Assembly: GCA_910584085.1 (NCBI GenBank)
Contig: CAJTZY010000006.1
Coordinates: forward strand, 668 to 64,667
Reading direction: 5' to 3'
Source: an uncultured Bacilli bacterium
GTDB lineage: Bacteria > Bacillota_I > Bacilli_A > RF39 > UBA660
Length of the DNA: 64,000 bases
The first letter of the stretch is position 1; every line of letters begins with the position of its first letter. Under the pieces are notes generated by a model. It was not told where the DNA came from. It searched no databases and saw nothing but the letters and a program-made list of their open reading frames with translations. The translations under genes and the position numbers were made by a program. This document shows, in pieces, positions 9,380 through 19,087 of the stretch.

Positions 9380-9429
9380 TCACCACCTTTCTTTTTTGGA
9401 TTTCCCTTCAAAGAAAAGTGTGCTACACA
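9380..9429 (-). promoter_or_regulatory. TGTAGCAC/AAGGGAA hairpin element, copy G (minus strand)
   Basis: Minus strand reads TGTGTAGCACacttttctttgAAGGGAAAtccaaaaaagaaaGGTGGTGA. It is closely similar to copy E (49693-49730). Confidence 0.6.
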
Positions 9430-9455
9430 TACACCACTTATCACAGATGTATAAG

Positions 9456-9538
9456 AACACCTATGACAAGTAGTACATTAATTGTACTATAACACCTAGT
9501 AAAAGTCAATAATTTTTATGAAATTTGCGATAGGTGTT
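9456..9538. promoter_or_regulatory. operator-like repeats (AACACCTA x2 direct, x1 inverted; AGTACA-n5-TGTACT inverted repeat)
   Basis: aacacctat 9456-9464, aacacctag 9491-9499, ataggtgtt 9530-9538, and an inverted repeat at 9471-9487. They overlap the leftward promoter. Confidence 0.45.
9481..9509 (-). promoter_or_regulatory. leftward sigma-A promoter driving the short antisense transcript
   Basis: Minus strand TTGACT, 17-nt spacer, TACAAT. Confidence 0.5.
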
Positions 9539-9574
9539 TTCTTATACCCAAACTTAAAAGAAAGGAGAAGAAAA

Positions 9575-9850
9575 ATGAAACAACTGGATTGGCGTGCAAA
9601 AAAAATTCAGACAGTTGATAAAAGATTCGCTCAAGCATTAGGCAATCAATTAAGACTGATTCGTGAAAAAAGAAAATTATCAATAAGAGATGTTCAAAGG
9701 CGAACTGGATTTTCAAAAACGCTCATTGATTATTGGGAATTAGGACTTACTAGAATAAAACCTGAACAATTAGAAACGTTATGTCAATTATACAATATTT
9801 CAAATAATTTAGACGTAAAAGTACGATTGGGATTTTTACTGGAAGATTAG
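9575..9850 (+). CDS. Cro-like XRE-family HTH protein
   Basis: Start moved to ATG 9575 (SD AAAGGAG 7 nt upstream). HTH IREKRKLSIRDVQRRTGFSKTLIDYWELG. Confidence 0.7.
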   Translation: MKQLDWRAKKIQTVDKRFAQALGNQLRLIREKRKLSIRDVQRRTGFSKTLIDYWELGLTRIKPEQLETLCQLYNISNNLDVKVRLGFLLED

Positions 9851-9858
9851 GAGTAAAT

Positions 9859-10101
9859 ATGTGTGAAGAGGAAGAATATTTTTTTGAAAGTCTTGAAAAA
9901 TTAAGACGTCAAGAAGAATTTGAAGATTATTATGCAGATGTTATGCATGATGAAATGATGATAGAAAAGGAGCAAAAAATGAAAAGAGAAATTATTGATT
10001 TATCTACAACAAATATGACTTTGGAAGAGAGTATGCAACTAGAAAATTATATTTGGGAAGGTAATTATTTAATACCAGTCGAACTATTGGAAGGTGAATA
10101 A
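9859..10101 (+). CDS. hypothetical acidic phage protein
   Basis: ORF-track ORF in the co-directional early operon. Confidence 0.5.
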   Translation: MCEEEEYFFESLEKLRRQEEFEDYYADVMHDEMMIEKEQKMKREIIDLSTTNMTLEESMQLENYIWEGNYLIPVELLEGE

Positions 10102-10939
10102 AGTGAATGAAATACAGTTAATAGATTATGCTGAAAATTTAGTAGTTTTAGATAGAAACACAATTGAAAAATTATATCAACTAGACAATTGTGATGAATG
10201 CGTAACATTATATTTACTTTATTATAAATTAGCAAAGTGGCAAAAAACAGATACAGTAAAGGCTAATGATGAGTATATTAGAAAATGCTTAAAATGGGGC
10301 AGAAATAAAATTATTAGGGCTAAACAGACTTTAAAAACCAGTGGACTTATAGAAATAGTTCAAAAAAGAAAAAATAACAAAATTAATGGTTGGTATATAA
10401 AAGTTCACTATGTTGTTTCAAATCAAAAATTATCATCAATTCAGGTAAAGCAAGAAGTATCGTTTCAAGATGTATCAAATGGTACATGTACTGAACAGAC
10501 GACAATTGCTTTAAGAGAAAATATTAATTGCTTAAAGAATAAAATTAAATTGCTTAAAGAAGAAAATAATAAACTTAACAGTTTATTAAAAGAAAGTCAA
10601 AATGGTGAAAAATCAGATTTAGAAAAAATGGATACCTACAAAGAAATTGTAAAATACATGAATACAGTAAATGAGCATCCAAAATTTAACACTAAAATAC
10701 CATTTTCTTACAAGTCAAATTCAAAAGCAACACAAAAATTAATCAATGCCAGATTACGAGAAGGATACAACGTCGAAGAATTTAAAGATGTTATTTGGTG
10801 GGGATATAGAAAATTTGTAGAATTTGAATTTAAAACTCAAAATGGTGAATCTAGTTATAAATATTTTAGACCATCAACAATATTTTCACAAGAACATTTT
10901 GAGGAATATTTAAATGAATACAGAGCAAATACAATCTAA
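10094..10939 (+). CDS. phage replication initiation/organiser protein (DnaD-like N-terminus, conserved phage C-terminal domain)
   Basis: The C-terminus (IVKYMNTV ... LINARLREGYNVEEFKDVIWWGYRKF ... YFRPSTIFSQEHFEEYLNEY) matches the pattern of the DnaD/phage replisome-organiser C-terminal domain. Confidence 0.65.
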   Translation: MNKVNEIQLIDYAENLVVLDRNTIEKLYQLDNCDECVTLYLLYYKLAKWQKTDTVKANDEYIRKCLKWGRNKIIRAKQTLKTSGLIEIVQKRKNNKINGWYIKVHYVVSNQKLSSIQVKQEVSFQDVSNGTCTEQTTIALRENINCLKNKIKLLKEENNKLNSLLKESQNGEKSDLEKMDTYKEIVKYMNTVNEHPKFNTKIPFSYKSNSKATQKLINARLREGYNVEEFKDVIWWGYRKFVEFEFKTQNGESSYKYFRPSTIFSQEHFEEYLNEYRANTI

Positions 10940-12245
10940 TGTTGAATATCAAATATTTTCTTGTTTAATTATCAAAAATAGTTTATTTGATGAAATTAAT
11001 TTAGATGAAAAATATTTCAAATACAAAAAAATACTTAAATACTTTAAAAAATTATATGCAGAATATGGATACTTAGATGAAAATTTAATTACAACAAACA
11101 CATCAAATCCTGATAAAGCAGTTGATTTTATAATCAAATGCACTGAATATGAGGCAAGTGCTAAAAATATATTTGGTTATTATAAAAAATTAAAAAACGA
11201 TTATTACATAAACAAAATTAATGAGTTACATAATAATTTGAAACAAGGAAATATCGATTATAAAAATTACTGTGAAGAAATTTATATGTTATCTTGTGAT
11301 GATAATGATAATAGCAATTTATTAATGGCAAATGATATAAAAATTAACATAAATGTTGAAAGAGAATATACGAACATTCAAGAATTAGATTACTTGCTTA
11401 AAGGAATTGAGTATGGAAAATTAAGTTTATGGTCAGGTATTACTAATCATGGTAAAACTACATTAATGATTCAATTTGCTAAGGAATGTTTAAAACAACA
11501 TAAAAAAATATTTTATTTTAGTGGAGAACAAACATCTAGTGAATTTAAAAACTATCTTTATGTTGGAATGTGTACAAAAATTCAATTAGAATTTATTCAA
11601 GATAAACACAATTCAAAAATTTATGATACCAAACCCAGAGATGAAGTAATAAGGTACTTTGATAATATTTACCAAAATAAATTATTTATTTATGATAATG
11701 AATCTAATAACAATACAATCTCAAATATGATTAAAACAATGGAATATGCTTGGAAGCAAGGTGTAAGAATATTTTTTATAGATAATTTTATGCAACTTGA
11801 CAACAGTGAAAAACTAGAGGAACAAACAAGAATTGTTGAATTATTTAAAAGATTTGCTAGGGATAAAAATTGTATTGTGAATCTAGTAGCACATCCTAGA
11901 AAAACACAATTTATGAAATGCAGACTAACTATTTTTGATATAGCTGGTACGCAAAATATTGCAAACAAAAGTGCTAATATTTGTTCAATAATTAGAACTG
12001 ACATATTACCTAGTAGTGAATATGAAGAAATTGAAAAAGTCTTGTTTAAATCAGGATATAACATAGAAAAGTGTGATGGAATTGTTGAAGTAATAAAAAC
12101 AAAAGGCAACAATTGTAAAATGGTTGGGCTTGTTTATGATTTAGATACAAAAACATATAAAGAAGCACCAAAATTAACTGAAAATGAAAAACTATATTTA
12201 GAAAATAAATTTGATAAGAAGGGTGGCAAAACTTATGGAAGATAA
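10914..12245 (+). CDS. DnaB-like replicative helicase
   Basis: Walker A GITNHGKTTLM and Walker B-like IFFIDNFMQL. Follows the replication organiser. Confidence 0.75.
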   Translation: MNTEQIQSNVEYQIFSCLIIKNSLFDEINLDEKYFKYKKILKYFKKLYAEYGYLDENLITTNTSNPDKAVDFIIKCTEYEASAKNIFGYYKKLKNDYYINKINELHNNLKQGNIDYKNYCEEIYMLSCDDNDNSNLLMANDIKININVEREYTNIQELDYLLKGIEYGKLSLWSGITNHGKTTLMIQFAKECLKQHKKIFYFSGEQTSSEFKNYLYVGMCTKIQLEFIQDKHNSKIYDTKPRDEVIRYFDNIYQNKLFIYDNESNNNTISNMIKTMEYAWKQGVRIFFIDNFMQLDNSEKLEEQTRIVELFKRFARDKNCIVNLVAHPRKTQFMKCRLTIFDIAGTQNIANKSANICSIIRTDILPSSEYEEIEKVLFKSGYNIEKCDGIVEVIKTKGNNCKMVGLVYDLDTKTYKEAPKLTENEKLYLENKFDKKGGKTYGR

Positions 12246-12319
12246 TGATATGAAACCAATACAAGATGTCTTAGAAAAAGTTTTAAAAAATATATTATCT
12301 AAAGTAAAAGAGGTAAGAA

Positions 12320-12655
12320 ATGATTGAGCTAATTGATTTAACAAAATGGAAAAAGCAAAAAGAAATTATATTAGAACTTCATAGAGATTATGGCATAAAT
12401 ATAAATGCTCGTGAGTGGAGAAACGCAGTATCTAAATGGAACAAAAAATTTGCAGATCATGAAGTAGATTATTATATAACACATTCAAATTCAAAAGGTT
12501 TTAAAGCAACACAAGATTATAAAGAAGCATTAATCTCAATAAATGACTATAAAAAAAGAGCACTCAATATGTTAAAAAAAGCAAGTGAAAGTAGTAAAGC
12601 ATTTGGTGAAAATTTTAATTACCAAATAGATTTTGAAAAAGGAGAATTGAAATGA
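12320..12655 (+). CDS. hypothetical phage protein
   Basis: ORF-track ORF with SD AAAGAGG. Confidence 0.5.
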   Translation: MIELIDLTKWKKQKEIILELHRDYGININAREWRNAVSKWNKKFADHEVDYYITHSNSKGFKATQDYKEALISINDYKKRALNMLKKASESSKAFGENFNYQIDFEKGELK

Positions 12656-13023
12656 GAATTTTAGAAAGACTTAAAGATTGGTTTAAGGAAAAGAATAAAT
12701 TAGTCGATGAAAATATGAAAATTAGAAAAGGCAAATTTGATATAGAACAAAAATACAATCAAATGTTAGAAGATATGAATGAAATATCAGTTAAATACAC
12801 AAATTTATTAGAACAAAAAAGTGAACAATTTGATTTATATGTTAAATATCAAAATCAATGTTTTGAATTAACTGTAGAAAAGAAAGATTTAAAGAAACAA
12901 CTTGCAGAAACAAATGAAATGTGTAATTCGCTTACTGAATGTAATACAGATTTAACCAAACAAGTTGAAAAATTAGAACGTAAAATTAAGCGAATGGAAA
13001 AGAAAAATGAACAGTCAGCTTAG
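12652..13023 (+). CDS. coiled-coil phage protein
   Basis: Start overlaps the upstream stop. Lys/Glu-rich heptad-like sequence. Confidence 0.5.
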   Translation: MRILERLKDWFKEKNKLVDENMKIRKGKFDIEQKYNQMLEDMNEISVKYTNLLEQKSEQFDLYVKYQNQCFELTVEKKDLKKQLAETNEMCNSLTECNTDLTKQVEKLERKIKRMEKKNEQSA

Positions 13024-13184
13024 CGAGAATATTTAATATAGTTACAATTGGCTTATCAAAGAAATAATCAAAACCGATTTTGAACAAAAACAAAGTGGAC
13101 AAGTTCAATATGTAAAAATGAAGAAAATTGACTTATTAAAGTTAGTACAAAAATTTATAAAATTAAACGAGAAAGGTGAGTAAA

Positions 13185-13502
13185 GTGGACGAAAAGTTAT
13201 TAAAAATAATACAACATTATGGAATAATGCCACAACTTAAATATTTTCAAAGTGAAGTATTTGAACTAAATGAGGCTATTATAAATTACGAGCAAGATAA
13301 AGGCTTTAAAGAACTATTAGATATAAAAGTAATAGATAGTGATATATCTAAAAAGATACATATAGCAGAAGAAATTGCGGATATAGAAGTTATGTTGTTA
13401 CAGTTCAAAGAATTTTATTATATTGACGGAAATGATATTTTAAAAATAATGGAACAAAAAATAGATAGACAATTAAAAAGAATTGAAGATGAGGTGAAAT
13501 AG
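13185..13502 (+). CDS. MazG-like nucleotide pyrophosphohydrolase
   Basis: All-alpha MazG-type motifs (FQSEVFELNEAI ... AEEIADIEVMLLQF). GTG 13185 has better SD spacing than the track start at 13176. Confidence 0.55.
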   Translation: MDEKLLKIIQHYGIMPQLKYFQSEVFELNEAIINYEQDKGFKELLDIKVIDSDISKKIHIAEEIADIEVMLLQFKEFYYIDGNDILKIMEQKIDRQLKRIEDEVK

Positions 13503-14254
13503 TGGAAAAGAAAATAAGATGTTTAAAACCAGAAGAAATAGAAATTCGCGTGCAAACAATTACTGAAAAAGGTGCACAACTATTGCTTTACAAAGATAGT
13601 CGTTGTGATAAAAGAATACTTGATGAAACGTTTGGAATGACTGGTTGGAAAAATAGGTATGAAGAAATAAAGGGCAATCTATTTTGCATCATATCAATTT
13701 GGGATGAAGAAAACAAACAATGGGTTGATAAGTGCGATTGTGGTGTAGAAAGTTTTAGTGAGAAAGAAAAAGGTGAAGCAAGTGATGCGTTTAAAAGAGC
13801 AGGATTTAATGTTGGTATAGGTAGAGAGTTATATACAAGAATATTCTATTTTGCTAACGTTCCAACTAAAAAGAATGATAAAGGTAAATATGAATTAGAA
13901 AATAGATTTGAAAAATTTACAGTTGATGAAATTGAGACCAATGAAAATACAGAAAAGATAGAAAAAATTAAAATTGCTGATAGTAAAGGAAATGTTGTAT
14001 TTAGTCATGGATATGGCAAAACCAATGCAAAGGTAGAAACAAAAGATGCACAAAAAAAAGAGGACAAGCCTGTTGAAATGATGGAAGAGGGTCAATTACA
14101 AGCAATTAGAATCCTACTTGCTAAAGATGAAACATTAAAGCAAAAAGTATATACAAAATTTAAAGTTGAACATTCAGAGGAATTATTGAAAAAAATGACA
14201 AAAGCACAAGCAACATCACTTATAAAACAATTAAAACAAAAATTAGGTGAGTAG
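13502..14254 (+). CDS. Rad52/Sak-type single-strand annealing protein
   Basis: N-terminal half carries the Rad52-like signature ...KGEASDAFKRAGFNVGIGRELY. Confidence 0.6.
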   Translation: MEKKIRCLKPEEIEIRVQTITEKGAQLLLYKDSRCDKRILDETFGMTGWKNRYEEIKGNLFCIISIWDEENKQWVDKCDCGVESFSEKEKGEASDAFKRAGFNVGIGRELYTRIFYFANVPTKKNDKGKYELENRFEKFTVDEIETNENTEKIEKIKIADSKGNVVFSHGYGKTNAKVETKDAQKKEDKPVEMMEEGQLQAIRILLAKDETLKQKVYTKFKVEHSEELLKKMTKAQATSLIKQLKQKLGE

Positions 14255-14256
14255 GT

Positions 14257-14808
14257 ATGAAAATAGATATATATAATACAAGCCAAAAATATAACATCAT
14301 TTATGCAGATCCAGCTTGGAATTATAATGACAAGAGGACAGGTAAAAAAATATCAGGAGGAGCAATTAATCATTATAACACTATGAAAATTGATGATATT
14401 AAAAATTTGCCTATAAAAGAACTTGCGGATAACAATTGTATGTTGTTTATTTGGGTAACATTTCCAAATTTACAAGAAGGATTAGACGTAATAAGGGCTT
14501 GGGGATTTAAATATAAAACATTAGGTTTTAGTTGGATAAAAACAAATAAGAATAATGGTAAACCATTTTTTGGAATAGGCTATTATACAAAATCAAATTG
14601 TGAAGTATGTTTGATTGGCGTTAAAGGAAAGCCTATTAAAGTTAGCAATTATATATCTAGTGTAGTAATTGAACCGAGAGAAGAACATTCAAAAAAACCT
14701 GATTGTGTAAGAAATAAAATAGTTGAATTGTGTGGCAATGTTTCACGTATAGAATTATTTGCAAGACAGCAAGTAGAAGGTTGGGATTGTTGGGGTAATG
14801 AAGTATGA
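14257..14808 (+). CDS. MT-A70-family N6-adenine DNA methyltransferase (orphan)
   Basis: Catalytic DPPW-type motif IIYADPAWNY and downstream LFIWVT. No cognate endonuclease is evident. Confidence 0.8.
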   Translation: MKIDIYNTSQKYNIIYADPAWNYNDKRTGKKISGGAINHYNTMKIDDIKNLPIKELADNNCMLFIWVTFPNLQEGLDVIRAWGFKYKTLGFSWIKTNKNNGKPFFGIGYYTKSNCEVCLIGVKGKPIKVSNYISSVVIEPREEHSKKPDCVRNKIVELCGNVSRIELFARQQVEGWDCWGNEV

Positions 14809-15698
14809 AAATAACTAATTTGCACAATATGCCAGATATGTTATGTCGAGCTGTAGAACGTGAATATATCTATCGTGATAAAAGATATTCAATAACATCA
14901 CTATTAGAGCCACAAAGAATAATTGCTTTAAAAAGAAGATATAACGACCAAATAGAACAAGATATAACAGATTGCATTTTTATGTTGCTAGGCACAAAAA
15001 CTCATTTTGAATTAGAAAATATAGAATTAAAAGAAAATGAATTTGTAGAAGACCATTTAGAATATACATTTGAAAATGGATATACATTGTCAGGTATTAT
15101 AGACCATTATGATGATGAATACTTAGATGATTATAAAACTTGTAAAGCATATTCATTAATATTTAAAAGTGATTATGATAAGTGGAAAAAACAACTACAG
15201 ATGGGTTCGTATCTTGCTTATAAAAAAGATGGCAAGTGGAGAAAAAAAGGAAGGATAATTGCTTTAATAAAAGACTGGAGTAGACTAGATGCACAAACGA
15301 AAAGTGATTATCCAAAATATCCATGTGAAGTAATCAATTTTGATTTAGGAACACCTAAACAAGTAGAAAAAATGATATTAGAAAAGTTTGACGTTGTTAT
15401 TAAATTAGAACAAATGTCAGATGAAGAGTTGCCACTTTGTACAGCAGACGAAAGATTTAATAAAGGTACAACTTGGGCAGTAAAAAAGAAGAAAAATAAA
15501 AAAGCTTCTAAAGTTCATGATAGTGAAGAAGAAGCAAAAAAACATTTGGAAAATCTAGAAAAGGATTACCCAAATGAATATGAAATAGAAAAACGTGAAG
15601 GGCAGAATCTTAGATGCGAGTGTTATTGCAGTGTAAACAAGTTTTGTCCTTACTATCAACAACACTATGGAAATACGAATGGAGAAAAAAATGACTAG
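14805..15698 (+). CDS. PD-(D/E)XK (RecB/Cas4-like) exonuclease
   Basis: GIIDHYDD ... LDDYKTCK nuclease motifs and a C-terminal Cys cluster CECYCSVNKFCPYY. Confidence 0.65.
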   Translation: MKITNLHNMPDMLCRAVEREYIYRDKRYSITSLLEPQRIIALKRRYNDQIEQDITDCIFMLLGTKTHFELENIELKENEFVEDHLEYTFENGYTLSGIIDHYDDEYLDDYKTCKAYSLIFKSDYDKWKKQLQMGSYLAYKKDGKWRKKGRIIALIKDWSRLDAQTKSDYPKYPCEVINFDLGTPKQVEKMILEKFDVVIKLEQMSDEELPLCTADERFNKGTTWAVKKKKNKKASKVHDSEEEAKKHLENLEKDYPNEYEIEKREGQNLRCECYCSVNKFCPYYQQHYGNTNGEKND

Positions 15699-15936
15699 AG
15701 AAAAAGAATTAGAAAAAGTTAAAAACATAATTAAAGAAGAAATAGAAAATGCTGATTGTGGATTATATAATATTAGAAATTTAGTAGGCGATAGTATGTT
15801 TACTATATTTGATGGCGATTACTTTACATTAGATATTTGCTATAATTGGGGTTATTTTGAAATATTCGGAACGACAAAAGAAGAATTTATGGAACTTTAT
15901 AAATTTTACGATAGTTTAAGGATGTGGAATAAATGA
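15691..15936 (+). CDS. hypothetical phage protein
   Basis: Start set to ATG 15691, preceded by GGAGAAAAAA. Confidence 0.45.
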   Translation: MTREKELEKVKNIIKEEIENADCGLYNIRNLVGDSMFTIFDGDYFTLDICYNWGYFEIFGTTKEEFMELYKFYDSLRMWNK

Positions 15937-15991
15937 AAAAATATGAATTAAGTCTATCAAGAAATTATGTATCTACTTGGGGAATAGAAGA

Positions 15992-16603
15992 ATGCAAATA
16001 AAAAGAACAGTCTGTGATATTGGTTATTTGGGAGATGGACCTTTTATTGCTACTGATGGTAAAAAGGCAACTAAATGTTATGAAATGTGGAGAGGTATGT
16101 TGAGAAGATGTTATAAGCCACATTCACAAAAAGATAAGGAAAATTATAAAGATTGTTATGTATGTGATGAATGGCATAATTATCAAAATTTTGCTTTATG
16201 GTATTGTAAAAATAATTATCAATTTAATAATGAAACAATGGATTTAGATAAAGATTTGTTGATTAAAAATAATAAGATATATTCTCCACAAACATGTTTG
16301 ATTTTACCACATAATATAAATTCATTATTATGTAACAGTAAAGGTTCGAGAGGTAATTTGCCTGTAGGTGTTTCACAATTAAATAAGAATAGTTATACTG
16401 CACACTGTTCAACTAAATTTAAAAATTTAACAAGCAATGCAACTGGATATTTAGGACATTTTGATAATCCAAATGATGCTTTTAAAATGTATAAGAAATA
16501 TAAGGAAAAACTGATTAAATATATAGCAGACGAGTATAAAAATATTCTACCTGAAAAAGTATATAATGCTTTGTATAAATATGAAATAAATATAAATGAT
16601 TAG
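15992..16603 (+). CDS. homing-endonuclease-like protein with AP2-type DNA-binding domain
   Basis: Cys/His-rich N-half (CYKP ... CYVCDEWHNY). C-terminal PVGVSQ ... YTAHC ... GYLGHFDNPNDAFKMYKKYK resembles AP2/integrase-type DNA-binding domains of phage HNH-like genes. Confidence 0.5.
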   Translation: MQIKRTVCDIGYLGDGPFIATDGKKATKCYEMWRGMLRRCYKPHSQKDKENYKDCYVCDEWHNYQNFALWYCKNNYQFNNETMDLDKDLLIKNNKIYSPQTCLILPHNINSLLCNSKGSRGNLPVGVSQLNKNSYTAHCSTKFKNLTSNATGYLGHFDNPNDAFKMYKKYKEKLIKYIADEYKNILPEKVYNALYKYEININD

Positions 16604-16613
16604 AGGTGATTAA

Positions 16614-17417
16614 ATGAGATTTAAAGTAGGAGATTTGGTAAAAATAGTTAAACCAAATATAAAAGGAAAAAACGAGTTTGAAGGTGCAATAAGAAGAATT
16701 ATTAAAGAAGATTCATCAGTTAGTTGGATATTAGAAGATATCAAACAGTGGTGTTGGTATGAAAATGAACTTGAATTAGTAGAAGAATCAACTAAACCAA
16801 CTGAAATAAAAATAGATTCAAATGAGATAAAATTATCAGCAAAACCATTTAAAATAACAACAGATGGTTTGCATGCACAAAATACAGTAAATTTAGTAGA
16901 CCAATATGAACAATTTGTATTAGGAAAATTTAATAAGAAAGAAGGAAATAAAATGATAGAAAGTATGAATTTAATTGATTTATATGCTAGTAAGCATAAA
17001 GAAAGAATAGAAAAAGAAACAAAAGAGAAAGTAGAAGAATTAAGAAAAAATTGTGATGTTATTAATAAATATAATGAGTTAGTAGAACAATTTAAGAAAG
17101 ATTGTGAAGAATTATATTTATCACAATTTACAGAAGAAGAGAAAAATGAAATATTAACTAACCAAGATATTATTGATGATAGTGATATGCAATTAAGAAG
17201 AAATAGTGGATATTTATATAATTATGTAGTTAATAAAGATTTTAAATCAGCTGAATATTACGATACTATGAATGAAAGAAATAAAAAATTGGCTGAAATA
17301 GATGATTTAATAAAAACAGTAAAAGCACATATTGGTATTGCTAAAACGAAAGAAGAAGTAGAGGAAATACTAGACAGATATGGAATTATTAAAAAGGGAA
17401 AGTTGGTGACTAAATAA
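16614..17417 (+). CDS. hypothetical phage protein (coiled-coil C-terminal half)
   Basis: ORF-track ORF with SD AGAGGTGA. Confidence 0.5.
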   Translation: MRFKVGDLVKIVKPNIKGKNEFEGAIRRIIKEDSSVSWILEDIKQWCWYENELELVEESTKPTEIKIDSNEIKLSAKPFKITTDGLHAQNTVNLVDQYEQFVLGKFNKKEGNKMIESMNLIDLYASKHKERIEKETKEKVEELRKNCDVINKYNELVEQFKKDCEELYLSQFTEEEKNEILTNQDIIDDSDMQLRRNSGYLYNYVVNKDFKSAEYYDTMNERNKKLAEIDDLIKTVKAHIGIAKTKEEVEEILDRYGIIKKGKLVTK

Positions 17418-17722
17418 TGAACAATGATATATTTAGAGAAAAATTAAGTAAAGGGACTTTTACAGAAAAAGAATTATCACAATTATCATGGTGCGAAGTA
17501 GAAGCGGATGTTGAGATGATTACACAAGATGAAGGAGAACAGCATAGATGGACACAAGATGTATCAACAATATTTAAGTTTGAGGATAAGTATTATTGTT
17601 TAGACTGGGATAGGGGTTTAACAGAATGTCAAGAAAACAGTTATTATAATCAACCTTATGAAGTTGAAAAAGAAACTAAAATCATTGAAGTAATAAATTG
17701 GAAGAAGGTAAATAATGTATAA
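17417..17722 (+). CDS. hypothetical phage protein
   Basis: ATG overlaps the upstream TAA (TAATG). Confidence 0.5.
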   Translation: MNNDIFREKLSKGTFTEKELSQLSWCEVEADVEMITQDEGEQHRWTQDVSTIFKFEDKYYCLDWDRGLTECQENSYYNQPYEVEKETKIIEVINWKKVNNV

Positions 17723-18107
17723 CAAAGTTGTATTAGTAGGTCGCATTAGTACAGACTTAGAATTGAGAACAACTAATAATGGAAAATCATATTGCAGATT
17801 TAATTTAGCAGTAAATAGAACGAATGAAGGTACAGACTTTATTCCTGTAACTTTATGGGGAAAATCAGCAGAAAACACAGTAATGTATCAAAATAAAGGA
17901 AGTTTGATTTTAATTGATGGTTCTATATCTATGAGTAATTATACAGACCAAAATGGAAATAATAGAATATCATTTGAGGTTATGGCACAAAATGTACAAT
18001 TTTTAGGAAGTAAAAAAACAGAATCAACTGAAATAGAAGAAGAAAATCAATCTGATCCATATGAGGAAATTGGTGAAGAGGTTGATATAGATAACTTCTT
18101 AGATTAA
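17715..18107 (+). CDS. ssb: single-stranded DNA-binding protein
   Basis: OB-fold SSB N-terminus VVLVGRISTDLELRTTNNGKSYCRFNLAVNR ... FIPVTLWGK. Acidic C-terminal tail ...EEVDIDNFLD. Confidence 0.85.
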   Translation: MYNKVVLVGRISTDLELRTTNNGKSYCRFNLAVNRTNEGTDFIPVTLWGKSAENTVMYQNKGSLILIDGSISMSNYTDQNGNNRISFEVMAQNVQFLGSKKTESTEIEEENQSDPYEEIGEEVDIDNFLD

Positions 18108-18118
18108 AGAGGTCAATA

Positions 18119-18553
18119 ATGAAAGGGAAAAAAATTAACATTATTGATAATATAACAAAAGCAATATCTATTTTAAATCAAACAGATGAGTATTTGGATA
18201 GTCTATCAACTAGACTATCTGAATGTGATAAATTAGAAACTGATTATAGACACCTTATAGAATTTGAACCAGTTGAAAAGATTAATTTAAAGCAATTGTA
18301 TAAAGATATGCAGAATAATTTTGTTAATCGTAGAAACATAAAAAAAGATATGGATATTGGTAGAAATTTAACTACAAATATAGCAAAATTATGTAATATA
18401 GACAATAGACAATTTTTAATTCAAACACTAAAAAACGTAGAATCTAAAAATGATGGACTAGAATATACAAATAGAATCTTAAATGACAATCAAATAAAAA
18501 GAATAATAATAAAAAAACGTGATAGACCAAAGAAATTGAAAGAAGGGGCATAA
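18119..18553 (+). CDS. hypothetical phage protein
   Basis: ORF-track ORF. Basic C-terminus. Confidence 0.45.
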   Translation: MKGKKINIIDNITKAISILNQTDEYLDSLSTRLSECDKLETDYRHLIEFEPVEKINLKQLYKDMQNNFVNRRNIKKDMDIGRNLTTNIAKLCNIDNRQFLIQTLKNVESKNDGLEYTNRILNDNQIKRIIIKKRDRPKKLKEGA

Positions 18554-18554
18554 T

Positions 18555-18878
18555 ATGGATTGTATACCATATATAAATGATTTAAATATTGAAATAAATA
18601 TATTAAAAGATGTTAAGGCAAATGGTAAATGTGATATAGATGAAATAAATAAGCAAATTGAAGAAAAGGAGAATTTAATTAATAAATGCAAAGAAAATTT
18701 ATCTAAATTATCAGTTAATAGTATTGAATATAGATTATATTTAAAAATTTTAAATGGTGTAAAACCAAGTAGAGCAGTGGAAGAAATTGCAAATGAAAAC
18801 TATTTGAAGGACATTACACCAGCAACTCCGAGTAAGATTTGGGAAAAATATTATAAAAAAATTAAAAAAATTACATAA
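18555..18878 (+). CDS. possible late-gene transcriptional regulator (small sigma-region-4/ArpU-like HTH); tentative
   Basis: 107 aa. C-terminal HTH-like segment IEYRLYLKILNGVKPSRAVEEIANENYL. It is the last gene of the early/replication block and is followed immediately by the 20-nt GGGAGT motif. Confidence 0.3.
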   Translation: MDCIPYINDLNIEINILKDVKANGKCDIDEINKQIEEKENLINKCKENLSKLSVNSIEYRLYLKILNGVKPSRAVEEIANENYLKDITPATPSKIWEKYYKKIKKIT

Positions 18879-18880
18879 AT

Positions 18881-18900
18881 GGGAGTGAAAAGGGAGTAAA
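18881..18900 (+). repeat. 20-nt motif GGGAGTGAAAAGGGAGTAAA, copy 1
   Basis: Perfectly identical to 27781-27800. Internally a tandem GGGAGTRAA. Confidence 0.8.
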
Positions 18901-19010
18901 TTCCTTGATACAATATAATCGTGATAGCAATATCACTGTAACATTATGTTACATCCTTTCTATGGTCAGGAAGCATTTTTTGAATCTCCTTTCATGCTTC
19001 CTCCTTATAT

Positions 19011-19087
19011 TGCTACTGGGTGAAACGGATAATCACGACAGACTCATAATCTGTAAATAACGAGTTCGACTCTCGTAGGAGCAACCA
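19011..19087 (+). tRNA. phage tRNA with anticodon CAU (elongator Met or lysidine-dependent Ile2)
   Basis: Hand-folded cloverleaf: acceptor TGCTACT/AGGAGCA (one A-G mismatch), D arm GTGA-aacggataa-TCAC, anticodon arm ACAGA-CTCATAA-TCTGT, T arm ACGAG-TTCGACT-CTCGT, encoded CCA. Confidence 0.8.
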
